From assembly GCA_017609175.1 (NCBI GenBank), contig JAFCEJ010000002.1:2782-66781 (forward strand): a DNA stretch of 64,000 nt. Direction: 5' to 3'. Under the pieces are notes generated by a model. That model ran no database searches, had not been told where the DNA came from, and saw nothing but the letters and a program-made list of their open reading frames with translations. Source of the stretch: Candidatus Pacearchaeota archaeon (lineage in GTDB: Archaea; Nanobdellota; Nanobdellia; Pacearchaeales; GW2011-AR1). Below are positions 33,447 through 41,932 of this stretch, piece by piece (within the stretch, counting starts at the first letter, position 1; each line of letters starts with the position of its first letter). The translations under genes and the position numbers were made by a program.

Positions 33447-33914
33447 ATGTATCCACAAAGCCATTTCCTGTTTTCATTTCTGATTGCAAGTATTTTTGTA
33501 AAGTTTGGTTTTTTTGATTATAAAATTGCTCTTTTTGTTGCGCTCATCGCTGTTTTTATTGATTTGGACCATTTTTTAAATTTTATATTCCGCAAAAATG
33601 ATTATAGCCTGAAAGATGCATGGAATGCTGTTGTTGTCAGACATTTTATTGGTAGGACTTTTATCCATCACTGGATTGGATTTATTTTAATAACTGTAAT
33701 TATTGTTGGTTTGTTTTATTTTAACAGAGTTTGGTTTTGGGTTATTGGGCTAGGTTATTATACTCACATGTTTTTGGATTATGCTAAGTTGAATATATTA
33801 AAAATTAGGGGAATAGAAGTGATAAAAGAGCAAGGATTTGTTATGAGGATAAGTAAGTTTGAAATTTTGTTTGATATTTTTTTGTTGATTGGGATTCTGT
33901 TGCTGGTTTTGTAG
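33447..33914 (+). CDS. membrane-bound metal-dependent hydrolase (YdjM/DUF457-like)
   Basis: Starts 1 nt after taw3; N-terminal SHFLFS, DLDH and HHW His motifs within four TM helices. Confidence 0.55.
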   Translation: MYPQSHFLFSFLIASIFVKFGFFDYKIALFVALIAVFIDLDHFLNFIFRKNDYSLKDAWNAVVVRHFIGRTFIHHWIGFILITVIIVGLFYFNRVWFWVIGLGYYTHMFLDYAKLNILKIRGIEVIKEQGFVMRISKFEILFDIFLLIGILLLVL

Positions 33915-33996
33915 AATAGAAATTTTTTTAAAGAAGAAGTTCTTTTTATGGTTGCCTTTAAAAGAGATTGATCAGTCTCAATTGTATATTTCTAAT

Positions 33997-34014
33997 GATA
34001 GACGAAAGTCTATC
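33997..34014. promoter_or_regulatory. perfect palindrome GATAGAC-GAAA-GTCTATC directly upstream of the ftsZ TATA box
   Basis: 7-bp arms with a 4-nt spacer, followed by CTATATAAA (34017-34025), GGAGGT (34054-34059) and the ftsZ ATG at 34065. Confidence 0.3.
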
Positions 34015-34064
34015 AACTATATAAACTTTTCGTAGAAGAGTAAGAAATAAACTGGAGGTCGAAA

Positions 34065-35144
34065 ATGGTTTTAGATTTTGCAAAAGAAGCGATAGATAAT
34101 GCAGATACGCATAGTATTAACTTTGATGAGTTAAGAGCAGGGAAAGCTAACATTAAGGTTATTGGTGTTGGTGGAATGGGATGCAATGCAGTGACATGGC
34201 TTTTCAATAAAGGGATTAACGGAGCAACAATTATTGGGGCAAACACAGATGCTTTGCACTTGAGTGTTACTAAGGCTGATGAGAAACTTCTTATTGGTAA
34301 AGAATTGACAAGGGGTCTTGGTTGTGGTGGACTCCCTAATAAAGGAAGAGAAGCTGCAAAAGAGGCGATATCTGAATTGAAGAAATCTATTTCAGGTTCT
34401 GATATGTGTTTTGTTGTTGCTGGAATGGGTGGCGGAACTGGAACAGGTGCTGCACCAGTAATTGCACAATTAGCAAAAGAATCTGGAGCAGTTGTTATTG
34501 GTGTTGTGACAATGCCTTTTGAGTGTGAGAAAGCAAGAATTGATAAAGCAGAATTTGGTTTACAGGAATTAAGAGAAGTTACAGACACTTGTATTGTTCT
34601 CGATAATGGGAGACTGGTCGATATTGCAGGACAATTGCCAATAGAACAAGCATTTGCAGTTGCTAATGAATTGATTTCTACAATGATTAAAGGAATTGTA
34701 GAGACAATTACTCTGCCAAGTTTGATTAATTTGGATTATGCAGATGTTTCAGCCATCATGAAGAATGGTGGTGTTGCTGTTATTGGTATTGGAGAAGCGG
34801 ACACACAAAATCGTGTTACTGAAGCTGTTCAGCAAGCCCTTACACATCCTCTACTTGACGTGGATTATAAAGGTGCTACTGGAGCTTTGATACACGTAAC
34901 TTGTGGTCCTGACTTGAAGCTGGATGAATTTGACAACATCGGCAGGATTGTTACAGAGAACATCAGTTCAGATGCACAAGTTATTATTGGTGCAAGAATT
35001 GACAAAGAATTTGTTGGCAAGGTTAGAGTCATAACAATTATGACTGGTGTTCATTCACCTTATGTTTTGGGCAAAGGTGTTGAAGAAAAAGCAATCCCTG
35101 CTTCAAAGGAAATTTCTGATTTAGGAATAGAAGTTTGGAATTAG
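34065..35144 (+). CDS. ftsZ: cell division GTPase FtsZ
   Basis: GVGGMGCNAV, tubulin signature GMGGGTGTGAAPVIA, NTDALHL; 359 aa. Confidence 0.95.
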   Translation: MVLDFAKEAIDNADTHSINFDELRAGKANIKVIGVGGMGCNAVTWLFNKGINGATIIGANTDALHLSVTKADEKLLIGKELTRGLGCGGLPNKGREAAKEAISELKKSISGSDMCFVVAGMGGGTGTGAAPVIAQLAKESGAVVIGVVTMPFECEKARIDKAEFGLQELREVTDTCIVLDNGRLVDIAGQLPIEQAFAVANELISTMIKGIVETITLPSLINLDYADVSAIMKNGGVAVIGIGEADTQNRVTEAVQQALTHPLLDVDYKGATGALIHVTCGPDLKLDEFDNIGRIVTENISSDAQVIIGARIDKEFVGKVRVITIMTGVHSPYVLGKGVEEKAIPASKEISDLGIEVWN

Positions 35145-35158
35145 ATTTGTTTTTATAA

Positions 35159-35190
35159 TCCCTTGGTTTCCCCAAGGGAATTTTTCTTTT
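35159..35190. terminator. hairpin plus T-tract between convergent ftsZ and nitroreductase genes
   Basis: TCCCTTGG-TTTCC-CCAAGGGA stem-loop (35159-35179) followed by TTTTTCTTTTT. Confidence 0.5.
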
Positions 35191-35231
35191 TATAATTAGG
35201 TTGTTTTTGAATTAGATTAATAAGAAGAAGT

Positions 35232-35786
35232 TTAATCAACTTTGTGAGGCTTTTTCATTTTTTTGTTTTTATATTCATTAAAATAAAGTATATTATTTAA
35301 ATCAATTTTTGCTCGTCTGGTATAGGATTTTTCTTTTTCAAATCCAACCGGGAAAAAAGCTTCAACTTCAATATCCTCTGGGATTTTTAATTCTCTTTTT
35401 ATTATCTCTTCTTCAAAATAACCTATCCAACATGTTGCCAATCCCTTTTCTTCTATTTTTAATAGGAAATTTTCTATCGCTGCTCCTACTTGTTGTTTAT
35501 TGAATTTTTCTCCTAATTCACCATAAGCATTTGTTAATCTTTTTTTATCAGAACATACTACGACGATGTATTTGGCTTCAGCGATGAAATTTTGTTGTGA
35601 GGCATCTGCGATTTTTTGTATTTTTTTTGGGTCATCGATTAGAATAAATTTTAATGTGAAGTTATTTCCAGCCATTGGAGCGAATCTTGCAGCGTCGATA
35701 CATTCAATGATATCTTTCCAGCTTGGTTTTTTGTTCTTGAATTTTCTTACACTTTTCCGCGATTTTATTGCTTTATCTAATTGCAT
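35232..35786 (-). CDS. nitroreductase-family oxidoreductase
   Basis: IKSRKSVRKF N-terminal signature and a C-terminal WIG...F fold pattern. ATG at 35786 is preceded by GGAGGT; the TTG-initiated extension to 35834 lies inside the repeat element. Confidence 0.8.
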   Translation of the reverse strand: MQLDKAIKSRKSVRKFKNKKPSWKDIIECIDAARFAPMAGNNFTLKFILIDDPKKIQKIADASQQNFIAEAKYIVVVCSDKKRLTNAYGELGEKFNKQQVGAAIENFLLKIEEKGLATCWIGYFEEEIIKRELKIPEDIEVEAFFPVGFEKEKSYTRRAKIDLNNILYFNEYKNKKMKKPHKVD

Positions 35787-35978
35787 AAGACAACCTCCAG
35801 TTTTCTTAAGACTTTCCCGCTGAATTTGACTCAAGGTTGATTGACAACCTCCGGTTTTCTTTAACTCCCAACCCCGCTCGAAGTTGATTTATCTTTTCAA
35901 CTCGCGAAGTTGCTCGGACTTCTTTGAGTTAGACTCGGGGTTGATATAACAAAGAAGAAATAGTATAAAAGCTTTTGG
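35787..35978 (-). repeat. copy A of the duplicated promoter/leader module (full unit 35844-35978 plus an internally deleted tandem unit 35791-35843)
   Basis: 35853-35947 aligns with 52719-52815 with about six differences. Each unit ends in GGAGGTTGTC on the minus strand. GC-richer than the surrounding sequence. Confidence 0.8.
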
Positions 35979-35981
35979 AAA

Positions 35982-36054
35982 CGTTCCCGGGAGGACTCGA
36001 ACCTCCGACACCACGGTTAACAGCCGTGTGCTCTACCTACTGAGCTACGGGAAC
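35982..36054 (-). tRNA. tRNA-Asn (anticodon GTT), no intron
   Basis: Reverse complement GTTCCCG-TA-GCTC-AGTAGGTA-GAGC-A-CACGG-CTGTTAA-CCGTG-GTGTC-GGAGG-TTCGAGT-CCTCC-CGGGAAC-G folds as a canonical 73-nt cloverleaf. Confidence 0.9.
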
Positions 36055-36090
36055 TTAAAATTTTTAATGGAGATTGTTATTTAAAACTTA

Positions 36091-36588
36091 TTATTTCAGT
36101 CCTAAGTCGATGAGGGGTTTAGGTTGGTGTTTTTCTAGAAATTTATAAACATTTGCCTGTTTTGAACCTCTGATTAAGAAAATTATAGCTTCTTGAGCGT
36201 TCTCAATATTTTCAGATTCTCCGATTATTCCTATTTGATTATCTTTTAATTCAAAATTGCATTTTGTTAAGTGCGAAAGAGTCTTGAGTGTTTTTCCATG
36301 TTTTCCGATGATTCTTGCTCTGATCCTCTCTAAATCTTGTCTTTTAGTATAATCTTTTATTGAGATTATTTCAAAAACAAAATCTTCTTCTGTAATTAAC
36401 ATCGCTTTGCTAAAGGGGAATCCAAAGTTCAATGCATCAATTACTTTTTCTGCAATATATTCTTTTTCTGGTTTCCCAGCTATGAAAACTTCTTTCCCCC
36501 TATTAGTTATCTTAACTTTTAGTTTCTCTTCAAGTTTCTTTTTATTTTTCAAAATTCTGGGTAATTTGTCTGAAATTATCTTTTTCAT
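36091..36588 (-). CDS. KH-domain RNA-binding protein (Dim2/Pno1-like)
   Basis: 165 aa; KH GXXG-type motif IIGKHGKTLKTL and a second KH-like half. Confidence 0.7.
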   Translation of the reverse strand: MKKIISDKLPRILKNKKKLEEKLKVKITNRGKEVFIAGKPEKEYIAEKVIDALNFGFPFSKAMLITEEDFVFEIISIKDYTKRQDLERIRARIIGKHGKTLKTLSHLTKCNFELKDNQIGIIGESENIENAQEAIIFLIRGSKQANVYKFLEKHQPKPLIDLGLK

Positions 36589-36633
36589 TGTAAATCAATA
36601 GAATAAGTAAAATATATGTTAAAAGGTTTTTGA

Positions 36634-37071
36634 TTATTTTTCTATAATTAATTTTTCAATTAAATAAATTTGGCCATAATTTGCTTTTTTTATTTTGATG
36701 CCTTTCAATCCATCGTACCTCTTAATAGAAATTCTTAAATTGTTTTTTGGATCTTGTGTTACGAATGTTAAATATTCATTATTTAGACTATCTTTGAAAC
36801 ACTTGGTCTTATCAAATCTTATTGAACAATATTTGTGGGGGTCATCCATGAAAAGATTGATGTGAGCATCTGTTAAAAATATCTCTTTATCATTTAAGGT
36901 GTATGCAAAACATTGGGCTCCTAGGAATTTTCCGCTTACAAATATCCCCCTCTGATGGTCAATAAAAAAATCTGGATAGGCATCAATAATTGCTGTTTCT
37001 GGAAGTTTTTCTTTAAAACAAGATAAAAGAGGCATTGCAATAAGGGATGTTAATAATTTTCTTCTATTCAT
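36634..37071 (-). CDS. putative secreted/lipid-anchored protein, unknown function
   Basis: 145 aa; N-terminal MNRRKLLTSLIAMPLLSC resembles a twin-arginine-like signal with a lipobox Cys. Confidence 0.4.
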   Translation of the reverse strand: MNRRKLLTSLIAMPLLSCFKEKLPETAIIDAYPDFFIDHQRGIFVSGKFLGAQCFAYTLNDKEIFLTDAHINLFMDDPHKYCSIRFDKTKCFKDSLNNEYLTFVTQDPKNNLRISIKRYDGLKGIKIKKANYGQIYLIEKLIIEK

Positions 37072-37124
37072 AATTGATTAATTTTTATAGAGTATAAAAA
37101 GATTTATTTAATTTAAAATAGTTC

Positions 37125-37436
37125 TTAAAATTCGTTATCTTCTGTTTTGAGATATCCTTTCTTTTTTAACCACTGGACTTGTGTGGGGTTGTATTTGAAT
37201 ATAACATCACCTTTTTCTTTGTCAAATTCCCATGGCTGGACAATCACAACATCCCCTGGTCTAAGCCAAAGTTTTCTTCTTAATCTTCCCGGAACTCTGC
37301 AATTTCTTATTACCTTGTCAGTGCAATTTATAGACATTCTATTTCCGCCGAGTCTTTGCTCGATAATCCCAATTACTTCTTCTCCTTTTGGGAGTTTTAC
37401 TCTTATTGGTTGATTTTGTTGTTGGTCTTGTTCCAT
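37125..37436 (-). CDS. eif1a: translation initiation factor aIF1A
   Basis: S1/OB pattern EVIGIIEQRLGGNRMSINCTDKVIRNCRVPGRLRRKLWLRPGDVVIVQPWEFD...KGDVIFKY. Confidence 0.9.
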   Translation of the reverse strand: MEQDQQQNQPIRVKLPKGEEVIGIIEQRLGGNRMSINCTDKVIRNCRVPGRLRRKLWLRPGDVVIVQPWEFDKEKGDVIFKYNPTQVQWLKKKGYLKTEDNEF

Positions 37437-37469
37437 TTTAAGAATATAAAATATTTTTCAATCTCTTCT

Positions 37470-37766
37470 TTACAAGAGAATCAAAGCAAAGGGTATATTA
37501 TTAATTTTTTTAATTCCTTCTGGGGAGATTATTCCTGCTTTAATTGCAGAATTTGTTGCTTTTTCCCCTACAATATTAAACGTCGCATCTTCCTTGATGA
37601 ACTTTTGCATTAGTGATATTGCTTTTTCTTCAGATATTTCATCTCCCTTGAAAAAATTCTCTTTTACGTCTAATTGGAATTTTTCTTCTTCAAAAATTTT
37701 CCCAATTAACTCTTTATCTGCAATTGCAACAACATCTCTATAAGATTTATGAATTTTTACAAACAT
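37470..37766 (-). CDS. DUF424-like archaeal protein
   Basis: MFVKIHKSYRDVVAIADKELIGKIFEE...QLDVKENFFKGDEISEE pattern. The ATG at 37766 avoids overlap with the small zinc-ribbon gene upstream. Confidence 0.55.
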   Translation of the reverse strand: MFVKIHKSYRDVVAIADKELIGKIFEEEKFQLDVKENFFKGDEISEEKAISLMQKFIKEDATFNIVGEKATNSAIKAGIISPEGIKKINNIPFALILL

Positions 37767-37800
37767 CTTAGATAAAAAATAAAACAAAAATTTAATAAAT

Positions 37801-37947
37801 TTATTTAATTCCACCCATTCTACATACTGTTGTTCCACAATTAGGACATTTTCCTTTTGCTATTTTTGTCCCTCTTTTTGTTGTTGACTCTTTTGGGTCT
37901 TTAATTTCGACTTTCTTTTTGCATTTTACGCAATATCCTTCTACCAT
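37801..37947 (-). CDS. 48-aa zinc-ribbon protein (DUF5679-like)
   Basis: MVEGYCVKCKKKVEIKDPKESTTKRGTKIAKGKCPNCGTTVCRMGGIK with a CxxC...CxxC knuckle pair; GGAGG Shine-Dalgarno 6 nt upstream of the ATG; below the ORF-track cutoff. Confidence 0.6.
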   Translation of the reverse strand: MVEGYCVKCKKKVEIKDPKESTTKRGTKIAKGKCPNCGTTVCRMGGIK

Positions 37948-38079
37948 TTTTTCCTCCAAATTTAATTAGAAATTCATAGAATTTCTTGAATATGATAAGA
38001 TAATTTTACTTTTAAACATTGCTGTGTGTTGTTTAACCTTTCCAATCAAAATTTTTTGAAGATTTTATAATCTTTTGAT

Positions 38080-38487
38080 TTATATTTTCCCTCTGACACT
38101 GTGTTTTGCACCACATGCAAGACAGTGAATAAAAGTTAGTCTATCTTCTTTGATTAGTTCTGTGTCTGGTTTTCCGCATTCTTTGCAAAGAACAAACTCT
38201 TTGACATATTGTTCTATTTTTTGGTTTATTTTTGCACTTTGTACTTTATTATTTAAAATCAATCGGTCTCCTTCTTTTTGTCCTGATGTTGCAAGTTCTT
38301 TTAAAAGGAATTTTTGGAAATGTTCTGGATTTCTCCGCAAGTATGAAGCAATTTGATAAAAATTTGTTAGAACTGTTTTTCTACCCTCAATATGCCCTTC
38401 GATTTTTGGAATTTCAAACCTTTCGCTAGACGTATTTACCTGTTTGACTTCTTTGTATGCTTTGTCTAAAAGTTTTTCATAATCCAT
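38080..38487 (-). CDS. eif2b: translation initiation factor aIF2 beta subunit
   Basis: FEIPKIEGHIEGRKTVLTNFYQIASYLRRNPEHFQKFLLKELATSG... and C-terminal zinc ribbon CKECGKPDT...CLACGA. Confidence 0.9.
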   Translation of the reverse strand: MDYEKLLDKAYKEVKQVNTSSERFEIPKIEGHIEGRKTVLTNFYQIASYLRRNPEHFQKFLLKELATSGQKEGDRLILNNKVQSAKINQKIEQYVKEFVLCKECGKPDTELIKEDRLTFIHCLACGAKHSVRGKI

Positions 38488-38537
38488 AAATTTGTTTATT
38501 TGATTAACTTTATAAATCTTCTATTTTTTCTTTTGTT

Positions 38538-39068
38538 ATGAGAATGAAAAATTTTATTTTGAGTGTTGCAATTATGATTGTTACCCTTTCGGTAGTTATT
38601 TATGGAATTAATACTTTTTATGAAAGGCCGAAATATTCTGATTTTTGTGGGGAATTCAAGACACAAGAAATAATTGAAACTCAGCAAAGATGTGAGGAGA
38701 TAGGTGGGCAATGGAATCCTTATCCTACAGAATATCCTAAAAAAATTGATGGTGAATTAGGAGGTTGGTGTGATAGAGATTATACTTGTAGACAAGAATA
38801 TGATAATGCAAAGGAGATATGGTCAAGAAATATATTTTTATTTGCAATCCCGTTAGGCATCGCAATAATTGCTCTCGGTTCATTAGTTTTTGGGTTGGAG
38901 GTTGTTGGAGCAGGATTGATGGGCGGAGGGGTTGGAACGATTCTTTATGGAATTGGCGGGTATTGGAGATATACAGAAGACTGGCTTAAATTTTTAATTT
39001 CTTTAATTGGATTAATCGCTTTAATTTGGTTGAGTTATCGTGCAAATAAAAAGTTTGGGAAAAAATGA
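38538..39068 (+). CDS. membrane protein with Cys-containing extracytoplasmic segment, unknown function
   Basis: 176 aa; N-terminal TM, a ~80-aa Cys/Trp/Tyr-rich loop, then three Gly-rich TM helices. Confidence 0.4.
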   Translation: MRMKNFILSVAIMIVTLSVVIYGINTFYERPKYSDFCGEFKTQEIIETQQRCEEIGGQWNPYPTEYPKKIDGELGGWCDRDYTCRQEYDNAKEIWSRNIFLFAIPLGIAIIALGSLVFGLEVVGAGLMGGGVGTILYGIGGYWRYTEDWLKFLISLIGLIALIWLSYRANKKFGKK

Positions 39069-39130
39069 TTTGGGGTGGATGTGAGCAAGTATAATTGGTA
39101 TTGTATTTAAAAGAAAGAACATATTCTGGT

Positions 39131-39757
39131 TTATCCCAAATATCTAACTCTTCCGGGACGGGGTTCAAAAATGATTCCTTCTTCAAGCATTTTTTTGATT
39201 TCTTGATTAATTATATCTGTTGAGACGTCTCTAATTTTCATTATTATTTCATCAATGTCAATTCCTTGATTGACTTCTGCTTCTTTGATAATATTTAAAA
39301 TATTATCTTTTACTGCGATTATTTTCTCTCTTTCTATTGGCTGGGCATTTTTTGCCTTTTCTTTTTCTATTTCTAATTTTCTTATCAATAAATATTCTGG
39401 TTGCATATTTCTGATTATCTCTGGGGAAATATAAATTTCATTATTGAAATATCTTAAAACTCCAATAATCAAAACTGTTTGACCTTCAGTTATATTTGCC
39501 AATTTTTTGATATCATCCCCGAATGCTTTTACTTTTATTTGCCCTGAGCCATCGTCTACAGTCATAAAAGAATATTGCTTTTCTCCTTCACTTGAATATT
39601 TTTCAATGATATTTGCTATTAAATTTACCCTTATTATTTGTTTATTGCCTAATTCTAAAAAAGCAAATCTTTCACCATTTATTACAGGGCTTCCAATTAA
39701 AATATCTCCTATTCTTAATTTGTATGCTACATTTCGTTTAAACTGTTGTTCCGGCAT
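39131..39757 (-). CDS. OB-fold ssDNA-binding protein, RPA32/RPA2-like with C-terminal winged helix
   Basis: 208 aa; OB-fold pattern (FMTVDDGSGQIKVKAFGDD...GQTVLIIGVLRYFNNEIYISPEII) and a C-terminal wH-like segment; directly downstream of mcm on the same strand. Confidence 0.55.
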   Translation of the reverse strand: MPEQQFKRNVAYKLRIGDILIGSPVINGERFAFLELGNKQIIRVNLIANIIEKYSSEGEKQYSFMTVDDGSGQIKVKAFGDDIKKLANITEGQTVLIIGVLRYFNNEIYISPEIIRNMQPEYLLIRKLEIEKEKAKNAQPIEREKIIAVKDNILNIIKEAEVNQGIDIDEIIMKIRDVSTDIINQEIKKMLEEGIIFEPRPGRVRYLG

Positions 39758-39916
39758 TTTATTTGTTCTTCACCTACTTTTTGAGTAGTTAGTTAAGATA
39801 ATTTATTAATGAGATTATATTCTTTTGAGAATTTCAAGAAGTTTTTAAAGATTTATGAGATATTAGAATCATCATTTATATTTTTCATTTATTTTTTTGT
39901 AAATATAAAAATTTAA

Positions 39917-41932
39917 TTATGGTCTTTGGACATAACCTCTTCTTGGTTTGAATATGTCTCCGGAAGCGTTTAATTTATTTATTGCTTCCTCAATTTCTTC
40001 TTCTGTTAATTTTCCTTCAAGCTCTTTTTCAATCTCTTCAACTGGAATTAATTTTCCTAATCTGGCTTCTAATCTTGCGATTGTTTCTCTTACAATAATT
40101 ATCTTATTTCTTTGGGATGTTGCAATTCCTGTAGTGATTTTATCTATATCAAATGTTTTTGATTCATAATCATATCCTACTTGCATTAAATAGTATTTCA
40201 TTAATTCTATCGCTTCTTTGGCATTTTGTTTTGTTACTTTATCCCTTAGTCTTAATTTTGCTGATGCTTCTGCCATTCTGATTAATGCAGTGAGCTGTCT
40301 TGCAGAAATAGGGATTGGCCTCATAGCGCTTTCTGAAGAAACTGGCGCATTTCTTAATTTAACGTAAAAATCTTTTAATTCCTTAACAGCCTCATCTGTT
40401 AATTTTGGGAATACTCTTTGTTTTGCATAAGCGACATATTTTCTGAATAAATCTCTTGGGATTATCATATCTTCCCCGCTTTTTTGATGAGAGGATAAAA
40501 CATGTTTTGCTATAAGTTCATCTTTTTCTTTGTTTGGTATGTCTCGCAGAGTAAAAATTACATCAAATCTGTTTATTAGGGTTGGGGGGATATCTATTTG
40601 TTGGGCGATTGATTGGTATGGGTCGAATCTCCCGAATTTTGGATTTGCAGCTGCAAGTACAGATGTTTCTGCTCTTAATGTTGCTTGAACATTTGCTTTT
40701 GAGATTGTTACTGTTTGTTGCTCCATTGCTTCGTGCATAGCGCTTCTGTCTTGAGGGTCCATTTTTTCCAATTCATCAATACAGACAAGGCCTTTATTTG
40801 ACAAGACTATTGCACCAGCCTCTAAACTCCATCCTCTTAAAAATTCGTCCCTTACTACTGTTGCTGTTAGACCTGCTCCGGACGTGGATTTGCCGACGAC
40901 ATATCTTCCTTTTGGAGAGATTCCTGCCATAAAGTTTAAAGTTACTGACTTTGCAACCCCTGGGTCGCCTACCAATAAAATATGAATGTCTCCTCTGCTT
41001 CTTGAACCGTCAGCATGCTCTTTTTTAACTCCACCGAATAATTGCAATACAAGGGATTTTTTTATTTCTTCATAACCCCATATACTTGGGCAAATACTTT
41101 TTGCTAATTTATCAAATATTTCTGGATCTTGCGAGAGTTCTAGGATTTGTCTTTCATCTTCATCACTTATTTTTAATTCTTCGAATGTTTCTTCTAAAGG
41201 AATTAAATTATTTGCTTCAATCGCTATTTCGAATCGTGTTGAAAGTCCTCCAGAATGCAGTGGGACTGGGACTTCTTTTAGAATTCCTATTGCTAATATT
41301 CTGCTTCCTGGTGTTGTTTTTTCCTCCATTCGAGGTTCTACTAAATCTTCTTTTAAGAAAATGTTTATTCTTTTTGGTTGCTCTCCTCCTGTTAAGGATT
41401 CTGGACTTTCTTCAACAACGAGTCTTTGAGTGTCTACCATTTCTTTGCTGATTAATTTAAACCCTCCCCTTCTTCCACAAGAGCATCTATTCGGTTCTCT
41501 GAATTTTTTTTCCATTTGCAATACTGAAATTACTGTTCCGCAACTAGGACACTCAAATTTTGCATTTACAACTTGTGGACGAACGTCGCTTGCTTGCCTT
41601 ACAATTCCTTCAATCATGATTAATTCATTGAGATTTTTTGAACGAATATTTCTAATTTTTATTCTATGAACATCAGGCAAGTTGATTAACCTAACCCTCG
41701 CGTTTTTTATTAAACCTGATTCCTCAATTGCTAATTCCATTATTCTAAGTGTTTCTTCAGGGTTAGAAAGAATTTCATCTGCTATCTTATTTGAGAATTT
41801 TGTTAATTCTGAGAAATCCAATTCAATAACATTTGTTCCTTTACGTATGGATTCTCCAATTTCTTTTTTATGAAATTCAAAAAAGTTTTTTGATTCAAGT
41901 AACAATTCCTCTGTTTTTGGTTTTTCTGGCAT
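39917..41932 (-). CDS. mcm: MCM replicative helicase
   Basis: 671 aa; zinc finger CPSCG...CSCG, Walker A GDPGVAKS, Walker B CIDELEKM, arginine-finger region LINRFDVIF, C-terminal wH. Confidence 0.95.
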   Translation of the reverse strand: MPEKPKTEELLLESKNFFEFHKKEIGESIRKGTNVIELDFSELTKFSNKIADEILSNPEETLRIMELAIEESGLIKNARVRLINLPDVHRIKIRNIRSKNLNELIMIEGIVRQASDVRPQVVNAKFECPSCGTVISVLQMEKKFREPNRCSCGRRGGFKLISKEMVDTQRLVVEESPESLTGGEQPKRINIFLKEDLVEPRMEEKTTPGSRILAIGILKEVPVPLHSGGLSTRFEIAIEANNLIPLEETFEELKISDEDERQILELSQDPEIFDKLAKSICPSIWGYEEIKKSLVLQLFGGVKKEHADGSRSRGDIHILLVGDPGVAKSVTLNFMAGISPKGRYVVGKSTSGAGLTATVVRDEFLRGWSLEAGAIVLSNKGLVCIDELEKMDPQDRSAMHEAMEQQTVTISKANVQATLRAETSVLAAANPKFGRFDPYQSIAQQIDIPPTLINRFDVIFTLRDIPNKEKDELIAKHVLSSHQKSGEDMIIPRDLFRKYVAYAKQRVFPKLTDEAVKELKDFYVKLRNAPVSSESAMRPIPISARQLTALIRMAEASAKLRLRDKVTKQNAKEAIELMKYYLMQVGYDYESKTFDIDKITTGIATSQRNKIIIVRETIARLEARLGKLIPVEEIEKELEGKLTEEEIEEAINKLNASGDIFKPRRGYVQRP

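Noticed and set aside
34013-34588. 191-aa minus-strand ORF antisense to ftsZ
   Set aside because: It lies entirely within the well-supported ftsZ CDS. Its product is low-complexity (P/A/S/T-rich), as expected from reading a Gly/Ala/Val-rich gene backwards. No start-site signals.
35787-35834. TTG-initiated 16-aa N-terminal extension of the nitroreductase
   Set aside because: The extension is the translation of the decayed half-copy of the repeat module. The ATG at 35786 has a GGAGGT Shine-Dalgarno at proper spacing, and the conserved nitroreductase motif begins right after it.
39758-39916. Possible replication origin in the AT-rich spacer near mcm and the RPA-like gene
   Set aside because: I could not find ORB-like or mini-ORB inverted repeats or a duplex-unwinding element flanked by repeats, and no orc1/cdc6 gene is nearby. 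AT-richness alone is uninformative in this genome.
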